A DNA stretch of 64,000 bases. Source: Lama glama. Its lineage: Eukaryota. This document shows positions 1-14,030 of this stretch, piece by piece. The stretch is from positions 27,778,001-27,842,000 of the forward strand of contig CM052818.1 of NCBI GenBank assembly GCA_028534125.1. Direction: 5' to 3'. The notes below the pieces were generated by a model, which saw nothing but the letters and a program-made list of their open reading frames with translations, made no database searches and was not told the origin of the DNA. Within the stretch, counting starts at the first letter, position 1, and each line of letters begins with the position of its first letter. Position numbers and translations under genes: made by a program.

Positions 1-241
1 CTTTTCCTGGTAATAAAAAAAATGGGGGAAGCAGGTGTCAAGTAGAAAAGAAAATATCTGATTTTGGAATATGGGCATATGAAGATGAGGATTTTTGTCT
101 TTTTTTCCTATATACTCTCTAATGCTAGAATGTGTTCCTAGACAAGGCATTTTTTTTTATTTTGCAGAAAAATTTACTTGTTGCAAAGTTTGTTTATATA
201 CATATATATGTTTTTATTTATTTATTTATTTATGCTTGCAG

Positions 242-258
242 TTCCTAAAGTTGTTCAA
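242..258 (+). other. Candidate 17-nt micro-exon
   Basis: ttatttatttatgcttgcag|TTCCTAAAGTTGTTCAA|gtaatt. Confidence 0.35.
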
Positions 259-497
259 GTAATTTTCTTTCTGCCAGCTGGCCTATGGTCTATCCTCACT
301 CACTATCCCCAGATGGAAAGTTGAGATGCCTGAGAATCATCAAAAATTCTTTAGTTCAAGGAAAGAATGGAAAGTGCTATCAGAGAGGCTGTTATTTTGC
401 CTTTCTCCCCCTCCATTTAAGGAGGTGTCATTTCACCATTCTGTAACTGATGTGGTTGTGTTTTTAGGAGCTTGCAGTAGCAAATCTCATGACTTAC

Positions 498-797
498 CTT
501 GTGGGCTGGCCTCTAGTTGGAGGAGTGGCAGTGAGTGCCACTGCCCATTGTATGTATCTGAGTACTGAGACAGTTTCTGAAATGCTTCCATTGGTTCAGT
601 GCGCTAGTATTCCAAGTGTCCCAGGGGCGTTCCTTCTCTCTCAGTTCATGCTAGTTTCAGAGTAGTACTTTCCAGGGCTCTGTTGGAAAGTCTTGTTCTC
701 TTATTATTCCAAGAGGGTCCCTTCTTCACATTTTTCACTTCCGTTGATTTGCCAGCTAGTAATTGCTTTTCATAACATGATCTTACCTTTACTCTAT
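498..797 (-). pseudogene. Decayed exon F
   Basis: ttctttaag|ATAGAG...CACAAG|gtaagt. 300 nt, phase 1-1. RVKVRSCYEKQLLAGKSTEVKNVKKGPSWNNKRTRLSNRALESTTLKLA*...LQLEASPQ with 2 stops in 99 codons. An internal strong donor at 781-786 makes the acceptor uncertain. Confidence 0.45.
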
Positions 798-1137
798 CTT
801 AAAGAAATCCTTTACAATTTTTGTCTTGTTTTCTAGCCCCAATAAAGTTTTTAAATAAAGTTTTCTTTTTCATTTTGGACATTCCAAAGAAATTTGGGGA
901 TAGAAAAGAATTAGTTGATTGTCCTTTAGCAGCTATTCTTAAACATGTGTACGTCAGTGCATTTTCACAGAACTGATTTGTTTAACCCTCAGACAATCTT
1001 GTGAAATAGAAAATTGTTTTTATTAATTGCCACATTTTTTTTAAAGGGAAAAAAGCTTCAGAGAGATGGAGTAGCTGTCTCAGGGTCACATAACGTGTAA
1101 ATGGGCCCAGCTTCCGTGTCTCACACTCTGTCCTCAC

Positions 1138-2214
1138 TCAGAGATTTATGCAGGGTTGAAGTAGGTCCACCCGCCTGCTGTGACTGGAAGTGATGCTGGG
1201 AATGTCCCTTATCTGAAACATCACCAACATTATCTTCCCTTCCACCATTATACTATTGCTGGATAAGAGAATCCAGTCCTTAGAATTCAGTGAGAACATT
1301 AGATGTCTTTACTGTAACCAGTTTAAGAAAATTGATCCAGACCACTTTGGGGTGTGTACCTTCTGATCTGACTTTCATCCATTTGATCCCCTTACAGCTC
1401 AATCCATTCTATTTTCACAACTTGGAGTTTAAAAGGCAAGTGATTTGTATCCATCAGCTCAGCAGTTGACAACAGGGCTAAATCCATCATTTGGTATTAC
1501 TTGGTCTTCCCGCACAGGCTGCCAAATACCTTCCAAAGCCACTGAAATTGATGGTGACAATTTTCCACATTCTTCATCTGTGGTTTACACTGTGACTGTC
1601 TTCAACTTCAGTCTCTCTAGGGACTAAATCCAGTTTGTTTTGTGTTAGATTTTGCAGTTACAACCTTTCATCTTTTGAAGTTGCACCTTGAAACACCTTT
1701 TCTCACATCTGTGAATTGGCCAAACCACTTAGTAGTAAGACTTCCCCTTTAGGTTCTTTTGCCTCTTATTGTTTGCTTTAAACTGATTGGAGAAGTATAT
1801 TATAATTTGTTGGTGTCACATGCTTCTAGTATTTCTCTTTTGATTTGAACATTTTCCTGTTTTGTTGGATTTTATTTTGCAATGTCTTGTACTTTCAATA
1901 TGTTGCTACATGTAAACTCAATTCTTGGGCAGCTGCACTCTGTTGGACTGGTTGTGTTGAAAGCCTGTGTGACCACAGGACATCAAGTAGCACCTTCAAG
2001 ATTAACAGAAGTTGGTTGGGCACAAAATGAAGAAACAGAAATGCTTGAGTAACAGGCACTAAGGATAATTTTAGCCATGCAATATTGATGCAGACAGCTA
2101 TTTTCCATGGCACTGAAGAGACAGAATTGTTTATTTTCAGCAAAAACCTCACACAGTTCATGAAGCAATGACAGAATTTCAAAAAGGCAGAAGCAACTTA
2201 GATTAGACTATCAA
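1138..2214 (-). pseudogene. Large decayed exon H (about 1.08 kb)
   Basis: ctatgtttctag|TTGATA...CTCTGA|gtgagg. 1077 nt (multiple of 3). The phase-1 frame is that of ORF-track 1895..2182 (95 aa) and ends ...HSQHHFQSQQAGGPTSTLHKSL. Many internal stops. No repeat recognised. Confidence 0.4.
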
Positions 2215-2735
2215 CTAGAAACATAGCCTTAGTGTGAGAAGCCCTCTTACCTCGTAGAATATGGAATAGAACTTTTGTTTTTTTAACCTCTACACATTGA
2301 ATTGGCTGAATATGGAAAATATTTTAAAATTTGCTAATTTTTTTCCATAAGGTTTGGTTGCTTTTGAATTTATTTTATAAGGTTGATTAATAACTGGGAT
2401 TTCAAATCATTAAAATCTATGGGACTTTCCCTACTTTATTTTCCTCTTTTAAGCCCCATTTCCCTGATTATATATAGGATTGATGTAAAAAGGTAATGCA
2501 GTTGATAAAATTATGACTATCAAACAACATTAACTAGAATTTTTAATATCTATGCTATTGTAAACAAACATCTTTTATTGAAAATATTCTATAGCCACTG
2601 TTTTTAGAAAGCTGTTTGAGCTCAAGAAGATGCCAAGGTGAATAAAATCTGTGCCCCAACTGTGGGGAATAGTTTTTTCTAAAGGATATATCTGGCACAT
2701 TATGTGTAAATGAATCAAATATAAAAGCTACAGTT

Positions 2736-2787
2736 TTATAATCAACATTTTAGCTTGAATGTTATAATCAACATTTTAGCTTGAATG
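2736..2787. repeat. 26-bp perfect tandem duplication
   Basis: ttataatcaacattttagcttgaatg twice. Confidence 0.9.
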
Positions 2788-5700
2788 TGTATTTTAGAAA
2801 AAATTGCTGTAAACATAAGGAGAGGGAAGACAGGCGATAATGGAATTATTATCAAAAGAACGAACTTCACTCAATTATATAAGCAAGTAAGCATGTTAAG
2901 TGTATTCCACATTCATTAAGGCAAAAATAGTGCTCAAAGATGAGTGTACTGGTCCACAAGCCATGCAGTCACTTACTCCACAACCAGCTTTTTATTCTGT
3001 TTATCTGTATTCTCCCACCTGTTTCCAATTCTTTCTTATGAGCTCAATTATGGGCACACATCCCATGGAGAAATAATCTAGGAGAGGTTTTCAGTTTACA
3101 GAGGCCCTTGTATCTGCAGCTGTTACTGCTTCACCCTGACTTTAGTGATAATTTCTTATAAATTTCATCAGAGGTCCTTGGGAACCTTTATTGAGAAGTT
3201 GATTCTGAAGCCACTTGCTTCACTGGCTATAGCTTTGTTAACCTACACTTGAAAATACTAGGTACAAATACAGCATTTCAGAATGATAGAGTAGGAAGCT
3301 TTTTTCACATCTACATTGCTAACCCTAAACTCATTCTTTCTAATTTTTTCGTATGGTGTTTTTTTAACTGTCTTACTTTTCTATCAGGATTTTCACGTTC
3401 AATACTTTTCATTCCTCAGTGAGGTGTCATAGCTGGGTGTGCTTTATCCCATTATGGATGCTTCTGCAATTACATTCACTTTGGATTACTGTAAATTAAA
3501 TCATCTCTGAGCAGCATCTGTGGAGGGAGACACAATTCTTAAGTTAAAATTGTCTGGACTCTAAAATTGAAACCCTGTGCTATTGGTTGATGGAAGTGAG
3601 ATGGCCACACACACAGCATATAGAAAATTCTTAATAAGAATTCGCTAAGGACAAATTTCAAGTCATGAACCAAAATGTTGACAGCTGTCCATGCCAGGAC
3701 CCCTGGTAGAATCTTTCAGTGGCTCCAGCTATCTTACAGAATAAAGATAAAGCATCTTGTCATATTCATGACAAGATGTTTATGGTCCAGCTCTGGTCAC
3801 CACCTTTGAGAACTAGTTCCCTATACACCAGACTGTTTCATATTTCTGTTCTTCCTACGCTGTCTCTCTTTACCTGGGGAATGGACCTTATTATCTTCCC
3901 ATATTTTTCAGGGTACACTCTATATGCATCAAGTCATCTTAGGTATGACCTTCTTAGAAAGTTTTCCCAGATCTCCTATGTCTACTTGTTAAATGAATAG
4001 CATGCACCATATTGTATGCAACTGTTTGTTTGCACATTCTGTTTCTTCTTTGTGTCTCTGGGAACCAAGCCAGTGCCTGACAGAGTACACTTAGGTATGT
4101 GTTTGTTGCAACATCAGAAACAGAACAACAAACAGATGGAAAAACAGCTACAAACAAATAAATGTCAGTCTAATCAGGAAGAGTATAAGGAATGAAAACT
4201 CATTTCAACTGTATTATAGATAAAAATTTTGTTATACCTACTACCATGAGACTTCTCTTCCATATATATATATGTACTTTGGTTACTTCTCCCCTCAAAA
4301 ATGGAACTTCTCTGGTCTTTGTCTGCTGGACAAAATCCAAATAACTTATATAGGCATATTAAATCTGAATTCTAGCCTCTAATTTCCCTGTCCCATTTTC
4401 TTTTACTATTCTTTCTGCACTTAGAAGCTTTACCATTTGCTAACCATGTTTTAAGGTGATTATTTCTCTTGGCACCTCAATTATTAGTCTGAAAAATGTA
4501 AATAAATGATATAAACTTTATTATACTAATGAAATATTTAGATAAACTAGTCTAGAACACTTGTTAAAAATGTTAATTACTATTAATATTGAGATAGATA
4601 TTATGACTCCCAGACATTTTACTTCATTCAAACATATTTGCAAGCAAGTCTTGAATATATTTGTAATTTTCTGCCTCTTTGGTTTGCTATTATTTCTGTT
4701 TTTCTATTCAAATCATAATTAGCATTCAAGATTCAGGCTTCTGGACTTAATTCAGAATGTAACTGCTTTGTAAAGCATTCTCTGACAATTCAACCTGCTA
4801 TAATCTTTCCATCTTTTTATTTTTATAGAAATTATCATGTTTACAACACATTGAAATTACTGAATTCATTCATGCAGTCATCCAACAAATATTTATTTAC
4901 CACTTACTGTGTATATGTCATTGTGTGAGTGGAGGTAGGTTGGTAAATGAGATGCCACTCTCCCAATTTGACATTCAACTATACTCAAAGATAGGTGGAA
5001 ACTCTTTATGCCAATGAAATATTTTTGAAGACCCTAGGGGAAAAAATGGAGACTTCTAGGTAGTGAAAGAAAAGCTGCCTAAGAGACTTTAACTTCCAGA
5101 AATGGCTAACTAGATGATCTGGATGAGTTATTCCAGAAATGATAATTAAAAGAACCAGTCAAAAAATCTGTAAGATAGTGAGATATTACCAGACCAGGAA
5201 AAAAGGCAAGATATTAGCCAATGAATAAAACCTGAGCTGTTTCTACCCAGAAACATTTTTCTAAAACAGATGAGAGCTAGGGCTCCATGAGAGACAACCG
5301 AAAGACAGGAGTCAAAGTCCTCTGGCCACCAGGAGCCAGGCTCCCAGAGAGTTGTCTGTTGTTCCCCCTCTTCTGCCAATTCTAGGAAAGCTGTTATCAG
5401 GCAAGCAGATCTTTGAGGCAAACTCCTAGAACTGAAGGGAAAAGGTCAAATTTCAGAGCCCTCTAAAGATTGAAACCCTGTGTTAAATGCCCCGATTCTG
5501 GGCAGGGACCCCAGAATGCTGCACTATAGATTGGGGATAGGAATGGTATCCTGATCATCTAAGTATCACAGAAAATCCTGATGCCTTGGCCTGGGACTGT
5601 TAACTTCCCAGGATCTTGGAATAAAGATTAAAAAATAAATAAAATTATTTCTGACACAGTAATAAAACCCTGGTCTCAAATTATTTCCAAAAAAAGACTT

Positions 5701-6370
5701 ACTGAACAAAGTGTCCAGCAAGCCATTAAAGTTTATGAGGCACAGGAGGCAATAAAATACCAGCTAAAATCAGCAGAAACAATCACCCCCAGAAACAAAC
5801 TTATAAGGGTAAAAACATGGAAATTATCCAGCACAGAATGTAATAGCACTATATCTATTATATTCTTAGAAATAAAACCTAAATGCAAAAAGCTTCTGCA
5901 GAATGTTGGATACCACTAAATATGATATTGCACGTTTGAAAAGGATCCAGCTAGAACTGATATAACTGAAGAATATAATAACTTATAAAATCTAATGGAT
6001 GACCCTTATGGCAAGTGAGATACAACTGAAAAGAGACTTAATGAATAGGATGATAAGAAAGGAAAAATTCAGAATGAAATGGAGAGTTGGAAAGAGAAAT
6101 ATGGTTGAGAGGGTAACCAATATAAAGGATAAAATAAGAATGTGTAAAATTCACTCATCAGAGTTCCAGAAGAATGGAGAGAGAAGACGAAAAAGAAACA
6201 AACAATGAGATAATTATTGATAGTTTTCTAAAACTGATTAATAAGTCCAACACTCATCAAATGGGCTAATTAAAAGGAAGTCTGCATCTGGACACACATA
6301 GCAAGAGTACAGAAAACCAAGATGTGTGTAACTTCCAAATTACGGAAAACATGGAATAGCACAAACTAGT

Positions 6371-7060
6371 CGTGGTGGCCTTGCAAAGTGTCAACTTGGC
6401 TAGGCTAAACTGCATTTCCCAGAATTCCTATTCTCTAAGTTTCTGGTTGGAGTGGTCTACAGGAGAAATCCTTGGGGATTTGGAAGGTGGGGGTGAAGCC
6501 GCCGCCTTTCTGTAGGTAGGTAGTTACGTTGAAAGGCTACTGCTACAGAAGACTTCTCTGAGGCATGTAACTCTGTCACGTGTAGGAAACAAACGTCGTC
6601 TCTTACTGATTGACTTGAGTCAGTGGTCAAACCTGAAACTGCTCCTTCTTTCCTTGGATTCTCCTCTACCTTCTCTGACTCCTGAGCCAGGGGAATGTGT
6701 ATTTAGCAAAAGGACAAAGGTCCTTGACTTTTGCAAGATGTGTATATCTTCAAGGTTAAAGACAACAAAAACTGACCCAGGTTTCAGTCTGCACCTGTGG
6801 ACTTGAGCTCATGCATCTGGGTTTTAGCCTGTTCTTGCCTGCTTGTACTTCCATATTTTCTTCCCAATTGCCTATCCTATGGATTTTCAGTTCTAACATT
6901 AGATGTGAAAGTGACAGCCTTACAGAGACTGCTTAACCATCTCCCATAATTGCATAAGGTCAAATTCATGTAATAAATCTCTTTAAATCTATCTTCATCT
7001 GTCTGTATCATCACCTTCCCTTGTGGTAGTCTTTCTTTTACTGAACTCTGACTGACAACA
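6371..7060. mobile_element. Solo ERVL-class LTR (MLT2-like) with 5-bp TSD
   Basis: Begins (c)gtggtggccttgcaaagtgtcaacttggctaggcta and ends gactgacaaca. TSD ctagt at 6366-6370 and 7061-7065. Confidence 0.75.
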
Positions 7061-7595
7061 CTAGTCATTTATGCTAAGTAGATGATAAAAGAGAGAAAAA
7101 TGAACTTAGTACAGTCATTACACATAGAAGCCAAATGGTAAGATGGTAGGTATGATTTCAAATATGCTAGTAATTATGTAACCTATAAACAGCCTAAATG
7201 CTCTCTATAGAAGAATATGGTTGAACCAGTTTCAGAAAGACAAAACTTAAGCTCTGTGGTATTCATAAGAAACACAGGTGAAATATATGAAAAAAATAGA
7301 AAAAGAATAACAAAATAAACTCAGAGGAAAATGGAAGGAAACAGTAAATAAAACAACACAGCTTATCACATATAATACGTCTGTATAACTTAGGTTTGGA
7401 AAAAAAGACATTACAAGAAACGTTAAAGAAATTTCAAAGAAAACTTTAGGATATTAGGGAAAACTTAATGCTGATATGTATTAATATTTAGATGAAATGC
7501 ACACATTCCAAGAAAAATGCAACTTAACTTTGACACAATGAGAAATGTTATGAATCATATATTTTTAGAGAAACTCTGATTTAAAGTTCTTCACC

Positions 7596-7619
7596 ACACA
7601 CACACACACACACACACAC
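7596..7619. repeat. (CA)n microsatellite
   Basis: Seen directly. Confidence 0.9.
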
Positions 7620-10123
7620 CACTGCTTCACCAGAAAATTCTGCCAAATATTTTAGGAATAAATCATTCCAATTCTTACACAAATTCTTTCAGAATAAAAA
7701 AGATAGAAATTTCTCAACTCATATTTTGAAAGCAGTATTTTGAAACCAAGATCATATGACATTCGTTTCAAAACCTAGAAAATCTTATAAAAAAGAAAAA
7801 TTGCAAATCTCTGTTGTGAACATGGGTGTCAAAGTCTTAAATAAAATATTAGTAATTCCATTCTGCCTATAGATAAAAAGAATACTTCACAATTGATTTA
7901 AATCCATTTTGGAGTACAAGATTTGTTTATATTAACATATGAAATAACATAATTCACTACATTAGCCCAACAAAGGAGAAAAGTAATATGATTATCCCAT
8001 TAGATGCAGGAGAAGCATTTGGTATAATTCAAAATCTAGTTATGCTAGAAATTCAGAAACTAGGAAGATTAGAGAACTTTAACTTAATGAGGTGTATCTT
8101 AAAGAAGACTTAGAGCAGTCGTCATACTTAGTGAAACCTGGGAAGCATTTCCTTGAAGATCAAAAAGTGGTGTGCTATCCTCCCTTACTTCAAATATTGC
8201 AGCAAAATAAAATAAATGTGTATAAATTTAAAATATTAAGTAAAAACAAAACCTCTGAATATCACTTTATGACCAACAGATTGGCAAAATTTTTTTAAAG
8301 TTGAAAGTATCAAATACTGGTGAAGATGTGGAGCAACAAGAATTCTCATAAACTGAAGATGGAAATGTGAAATGGTAATAATGCAGCTTGACACTATCTG
8401 CAAAATGCTGAAAACATACCTGTTATGTAATCTGGCAGTTACACTCCTATGTGCACAAAAGTCCACCCAGGAAACATGGATGAGAATGTCCATAGCAAGG
8501 CTGTTCATTAAAGCTTCCAGTTGGAAATACACAAATCTCCATCAACATTAGAATGGATAAGCACATTATCGTATATTAATCCCAAAATATTAGACCTCAG
8601 TATATACAGATACATGCAAATTGATGAATAAATAATCCTCATAATGTTGAATGGAAGAAGCCAGCTATAAAAGAACATATTCTCACAACATTGTTAAAGA
8701 AAAACAAAAATAACATATACTGTTTGATTCCATTGGACAAAATAACAAATTAAACCACAGTGTTTCGAGACGAATCATTAGACAGTAAAACTAGAAAGGA
8801 AGACAAAAAAGTTAATTTCAGAATATTTAGTAGCACAGTAACCGCTGAGGATAGGAAAGGCTTTTGATCAGAAGGCGCACTCGGGGCTTCCAGTTGCTGG
8901 TCATTCGTTAAGTTGTATATGTATCTTTTTGGATTTTCTGATATTTGTTGTATATTACAATTTTTAAATAAGGCAGTGAAGAAAGACACAAGAAATGAAA
9001 CGAATGACAATTGAGAAGGAAGAAATACAAATCTCAGTATTAGGAGGGTGATGTATGATTGTGTATGTAGACAATTTTTTAAGATCTACAGGTTTTCCAG
9101 CTCCTGGAGTGGCTAGAAGTGAAGGTGAAGAGGTAGGTAGGGGCCATGAACAGCAGAATTTCATTTAAATGCATGAGTGACTTGATCAGACTTGAATTCA
9201 GCTTGACGATGTCAATTTTAACTTGGCTTGAGGTGCTAAGGCTTTGCCCCTTAAATAGGTATTAAATGCTTCTAGATTCTTTCTGGTTACAGCCCCTAGT
9301 GTAGTGGCTTTTCCATGGTGCAGCTTCAGTAACTATATGTGAATTGGATTTACTAAGAAATTGGTCCTCTATAAATACTATATTTATTTGAACACAACAT
9401 TTTTTGACATTGTGATATAGGCATAATAATAGGAGGCTTCTGAAAATTATTGAGGTGGTTTTTGTAAGTTTTCCTGTTCTATATACAAACATAATTAGCA
9501 TAGATATTGTGTCTACATATCTAGTGCAAAATGATGACTTATAGATTAATAACTTTGGTGGAATTCAAGCTAAATGTTATTTTACCACAAAAAATAACCA
9601 ACCAACCAAACCACGCACTTCAAATTTAATTTTGCCTAACTTATCTGGAAAATTTCTTTTATTTTTCATTTAATACTGCATATGTACGTGCAGAATTGAT
9701 TGACACTACAATGGTTTTGAGTCAGTCCTCCAAGTACTCTTATCTAGGAAACGCCTTCAGATCAGTTATTTCTGAGCTAACATTTTAGCATCAGTCTTGT
9801 GATTTTCTAAATAAGAGATGCATGAAAATACATAGTAACTCAAGCCCTTACAATGGTGGTTATAATGTACAAATGTGAACATTACTAGAATATTAATGAA
9901 ATATTAAAGCTGTGACCTGAAATAGAGAATAATGAAAGAAATACTCAACTTAAATTAGTATTGCAATATTGTTTTAACACTCATTGAATATTCTATGGAG
10001 CAAAACACATTTAGTATTAGAAATTGCAGTCATGATATTTAATAAGAATACTTTTTGAGTTTAAAGCCTTATCTGTAAAGTTGCAGTTTTACAATCTCTT
10101 TTTTCTTCTAATTTGTTTTCCAG

Positions 10124-10131
10124 AGAGAAAG
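10124..10131 (+). CDS. Candidate 8-nt micro-exon (coding status unproven)
   Basis: ctcttttttcttctaatttgttttccag|AGAGAAAG|gtaagc. Long pyrimidine tract and near-consensus donor in unique sequence. Confidence 0.5.
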
Positions 10132-10598
10132 GTAAGCTAATTGTAACAGTTGAAGAAAAAGAAATATTTACTAAATCACAGTTTTATGGAATTGCAACTT
10201 AAAGTAACTCTTAAAAAAGTACATATTTTTGCCAAGTATTACTTAAAATTCTCTGTTTAAATATATGTATATATATAGTCACATCTAGTCTCAGTGCTGT
10301 ATATTATGGTTACATACTGCTACATTTTCTTCCTGGGCATTTAAAACAGCAGGTTACCAAAGAGAACTACACTGGAGAGCAGAGTTTTGTGATTCTGAAG
10401 AAGCATTAGCTGATTGCCTAAAGAAATACACAGTAGATACCGTGCAATACCATGCTGTGTATGAGTTTCCTGAGCTAAGTTTCTTTATTCTGGGTAGTGG
10501 CTCAAGAAAGGGAAAGTGAAATCTGATCTCTACTATTTAGGCTTTTGTCTAGAGATGTTGGAGGGTCTACAACCATCACTTTTTGATGTCATTTCCAG

Positions 10599-10618
10599 GC
10601 ATCTGTGAGAATTTGTTG
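10599..10618 (+). other. Candidate 20-nt micro-exon
   Basis: cactttttgatgtcatttccag|GCATCTGTGAGAATTTGTTG|gtaaga. Confidence 0.35.
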
Positions 10619-11184
10619 GTAAGACTCAATGTTGGCACTCTGTAGGTTGGCATCCAAGTCTCTGCACAATCTGACTTGACCTTTATTTCCAGTTTTAATG
10701 TTCTCTCTTAGTTGAAGCCTTTACTCCTACGCGTGTTTACCTATGCTTTCTTCCTAAATGTACATTTGCTTATGTGCTTACACTTAATGAAATACGAATA
10801 TCCCTCTTGTTTACCTTATAGGAGGTGATCCTACCCTCCTTCAAAGCTCAAATTAAACTCAAATTTTCTTATGAAATATCTTCTGATAATTTCTTTCTGG
10901 AAAGAGTGAGTCCTAAGTTCCCCTGGCATTTTTCCTTTACTTTAAAGTCTCCATTTACAGTCTAGTGACCTCATAAAATTTCTCCCTAATAGAATCTAAA
11001 GTCCCTACATGTAAAAACTGCATCTTTCCTTTGGTCTTTGGCACAAAATCTTGCTCATGGCAAATGCTCTGCCATCCTTACCTGACTTTCTTAAGATTCC
11101 AATCCTGACCTGGTTATGACTCCAGATTACATACAAAAAAATAGTCCTGGTGAATGCTTAATATATCACTTTGCATTCACTGCT

Positions 11185-11600
11185 TGGTAAGGCTGCAGTA
11201 GCAATTTCTAAATCTCACTGATTGAGAAGGAGGTGAATTTCTTACTAATGATGCTTGTAGACTACAATGGCTATGTTGGTCACACATTGGTATGGCCCTT
11301 GTGTCTTTATTCCAAAGTTCAGGCTGAAGAAGCAGCCTCTAATCTTGACCTACCCATCTTGCGGCAAAGAGAAAACAGCAAGAGTGCCAGCAGAAGAATG
11401 CAACAGTTTGTAAAGCTTATGCTTGGAATTGGCAAATGTCCCTTCTGCTCTTATTTCATTGGCCAAGACAAGTCAAATGACCCAGCTTGACAATGAAACA
11501 AGGAAGCAGATGCTGCCCGCAGAGAGATGCTGAAAGCTCACTGCGGTCTGTGGGGATGTATAATGCTGTCACTGGGAAGAGGGGCAGCTGTACAGTTTAC
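11185..11600. mobile_element. MaLR LTR (MLT1-like)
   Basis: ggctgcagtagcaa...aaatctca start and internal atttcattggccaagacaagtca motif. Confidence 0.55.
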
Positions 11601-11657
11601 CTCACTTAGGATACACAGTGCTAGTCTTCTTGTTCTCTGCTTGTTTGGGGGACTTAC

Positions 11658-11712
11658 CCAGTGTTGATTCTCATTTTTTCTCTAGTATGATACCCATGTT
11701 GGGTATTTTTAA
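11658..11712 (-). pseudogene. Decayed exon G (55 nt)
   Basis: ctaatgtcaacag|TTAAAA...CACTGG|gtaagt. Phase 0 to 1, LKIPNMGIILEKK*ESTL. Confidence 0.5.
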
Positions 11713-12639
11713 CTGTTGACATTAGAATCAATTTTTTAACTCATATTCTGCGTCTCTACCTGGCTGTATTTCTGCTTTATTACCATGGGTAAAGTTCCCT
11801 GTGCTCTGAGAATCTGTCACCTGTACACTAAACACTTCATCAGCAACTGTTGTGTAAACTCCAGACAATGTTCAAAAAATATCTATCGAATCATTGTTTA
11901 ACAATCAAATTATTGTTTAACCAGTGACATTAATTTTTATTCTGTATCCAGTGCTATGGAACTCAAGGATCCAACATTTAATATTAAACTTAGAGCACCT
12001 GCTTTTTGGCAAGTGTTACCTCTGAAAGTGTTGAAGGTGGAAATTGTGAGATTCTAGTTGAACCGAAGTAAGAGTTTACCTGAACCATTATTTTGGGAGG
12101 TTATTTTCCACTAACAGAATCTGAAAGAAAACTTATTCAAAACATGTATTTCATATTTGATAACTTTTTAATAGTTTTTGAACCTAGTGGTAAATTCTGG
12201 CCAGAATGAATTTCTCACATTCACGGTGGTGAAAGAAAACTCTATGAGTTAAGCTAAATCCCTACTAAACTTTAAATTAGGCAACTTTTGTGGTTGTTGT
12301 TGCCTGGATTTTCATTAAGTCTTTGTGCAATTTTAAAAATTTTATAACTTAGGTTATAAGTGCAATAGAAATACTCTGTACTCCTAGGAGTAAAGGAAAG
12401 TGATTATGGGGTCCAAAGCTATTATTAGCTTTAGCTTTATGAGTTATAGATTTTTATTTACCTTTCTGTAATTGTTTTCTCTTAGCAATAGGTTCTAAAC
12501 AATAAAACATTATGTAGTGTTGCATAAGGTGGTGTGTTGGCATGTAATTTTATGTACCATCAACTTACGTTCTTTCAAATATCGTTAACTCGTGTTCTAC
12601 ACATTTACATATTGCAGTTTAAAAGCAAATAAAAACCTT

Positions 12640-14030
12640 ATTAAGAGCTGAACATTGGAGATACAATGGTGAGGAAAAACAGAAATTAGGCATTCCTGGA
12701 ACTTACAGTACACTGAGGAAATCAGGCATGAAAAACATGATCATAAAACAAATACAAGAAATTTTAATACATTTTCTAAAGGAAAGAAAAAGTCTCATAA
12801 GGGTCATTTCCAGGTGTCTGTGAGAAACCAAAGAATCTCACATAGACTCAGGGGTCAAAGAAATTTCTCTGAGGGAGAGAGTGTTGAGTTAAGGTCCAGA
12901 GGATGAATTGCAGTTAAGTAAGCAATATGTGGGGTAAGAGTGAGGAAGGCTTGTCATTCCAGAATTAAGGAACAGCATGTGAAAAAGCCCTGTGCCTGGT
13001 GCTTGCATGGCATGGTGACCTCTCAAAAATAAACAAAGGCCAGGATTACTAAAACAAAAACAAAAACAGAATGTAAGGGGCAGAGAATGTGACATGTTGG
13101 AAAGAGTGTCTTCCCAGCACAAACGGGAACTAGAGACTACATTGAGGATTCTGTCATAATTCTAGGTTCGACTGGGGAACCACTGAATGATTTTAAGTAG
13201 GAGTATAATCAGATCATATTGAAGTTACTAGGTTTGCTTTAGCTTCAGGGTAGAAAAATTCCTGAGACATGGTGACATGGGCCAAGTACATGGTGGGACA
13301 TCAGTAAAGATGCATATGTAGTAGATGAGGTGTGAGTAGAGCATGTAGAGTGGGTGTAGGGAGGATTGAATGAATGAATTCTAGAGCTATTTATGGAGGA
13401 TTCAAAGACGACTACTCTGTTTCACACATGCTCAATCAGATGAATTATAGTCCCATTTAGTGAGATATGGAACACTAAAAGACAAAAGCAGATTTTATTT
13501 TGTGTTGATTTTAAATTTGGTCTTGGTGATGTTAAATTTGAAGCATTAAGACACGCAAGAGCTGAAGATGAGTAGGATGCTTGATATGAGTAAGTAGTCT
13601 CAGTGGAGGGATCTTAGTTAGAGATATAGATTTGGAAGCCAAAGAACTAGACCTTAAGGAGCTCCCATATGTACAGTTCGGTTGGATAATGGTGAATTTG
13701 CAAAGATGTCTGAGCCAGAGTAGCCAGAGGGATAGAAGGCAAACCCGGAGAATGAAATATTTTAGAAGCCAAATAGATCATTGAAAGGTTGAGAGAAGAA
13801 TGCTTAAGAATATCAAATGCTGCATAGAGATCAAGTGTTATTTGAATCAAAAATTTCATTGGATCAAACAATTTGAAAGTCAGTTAATTTGATCAGAGTG
13901 GTTTTGATGTGGTGAACAGATTGGAATGGAGTGAATAGTGGTTGGGAGATAAGGAAATGGACACAGTGAAATTAGGTAACTCAAGAGAGAAAATAGTTAT
14001 CATTGTAGCTGGAGGGGAATATTTAGATCA
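12640..14030 (-). mobile_element. L2 fragment
   Basis: ORF-track 13647..13871 contains LDLYAAFDILKH, resembling the L2 RT motif LDLSAAFDTVDH. Typical purine-rich antisense L2 body. Confidence 0.8.

Larger units (their letters stand above)
5100..8990 (+). mobile_element. Old degenerate L1 (L1ME-like) interrupted by an LTR
   Basis: A-rich plus strand, ORF1-like remnant (5999..6208), ORF2-like remnants 7400-8600, L1 3' end near 8970. Confidence 0.75.

Noticed and set aside
168..187. Plus 20-nt micro-exon candidate
   Set aside because: The donor gtttgt is weak, and only 54 nt separate it from the better candidate at 242, which is too short for an intron.
1690..1900. Minus-strand RGSLTTKWFGQF resembling a Gypsy integrase GPY/F motif
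   Set aside because: The match is short and imperfect, with no integrase core or LTRs nearby. The block fits better as exon H. Not fully excluded without a Dfam search.
3388..3418. Plus 31-nt exon candidate ctatcag|GATTTT...CCTCA|gtgagg
   Set aside because: The sites are plausible but the body is itself pyrimidine-tract-like. No independent support.
11686..11702. Plus 17-nt micro-exon candidate TATGATACCCATGTTGG
   Set aside because: The donor is weak (gtattt), and the pyrimidine tract is just the A-rich body of minus exon G.
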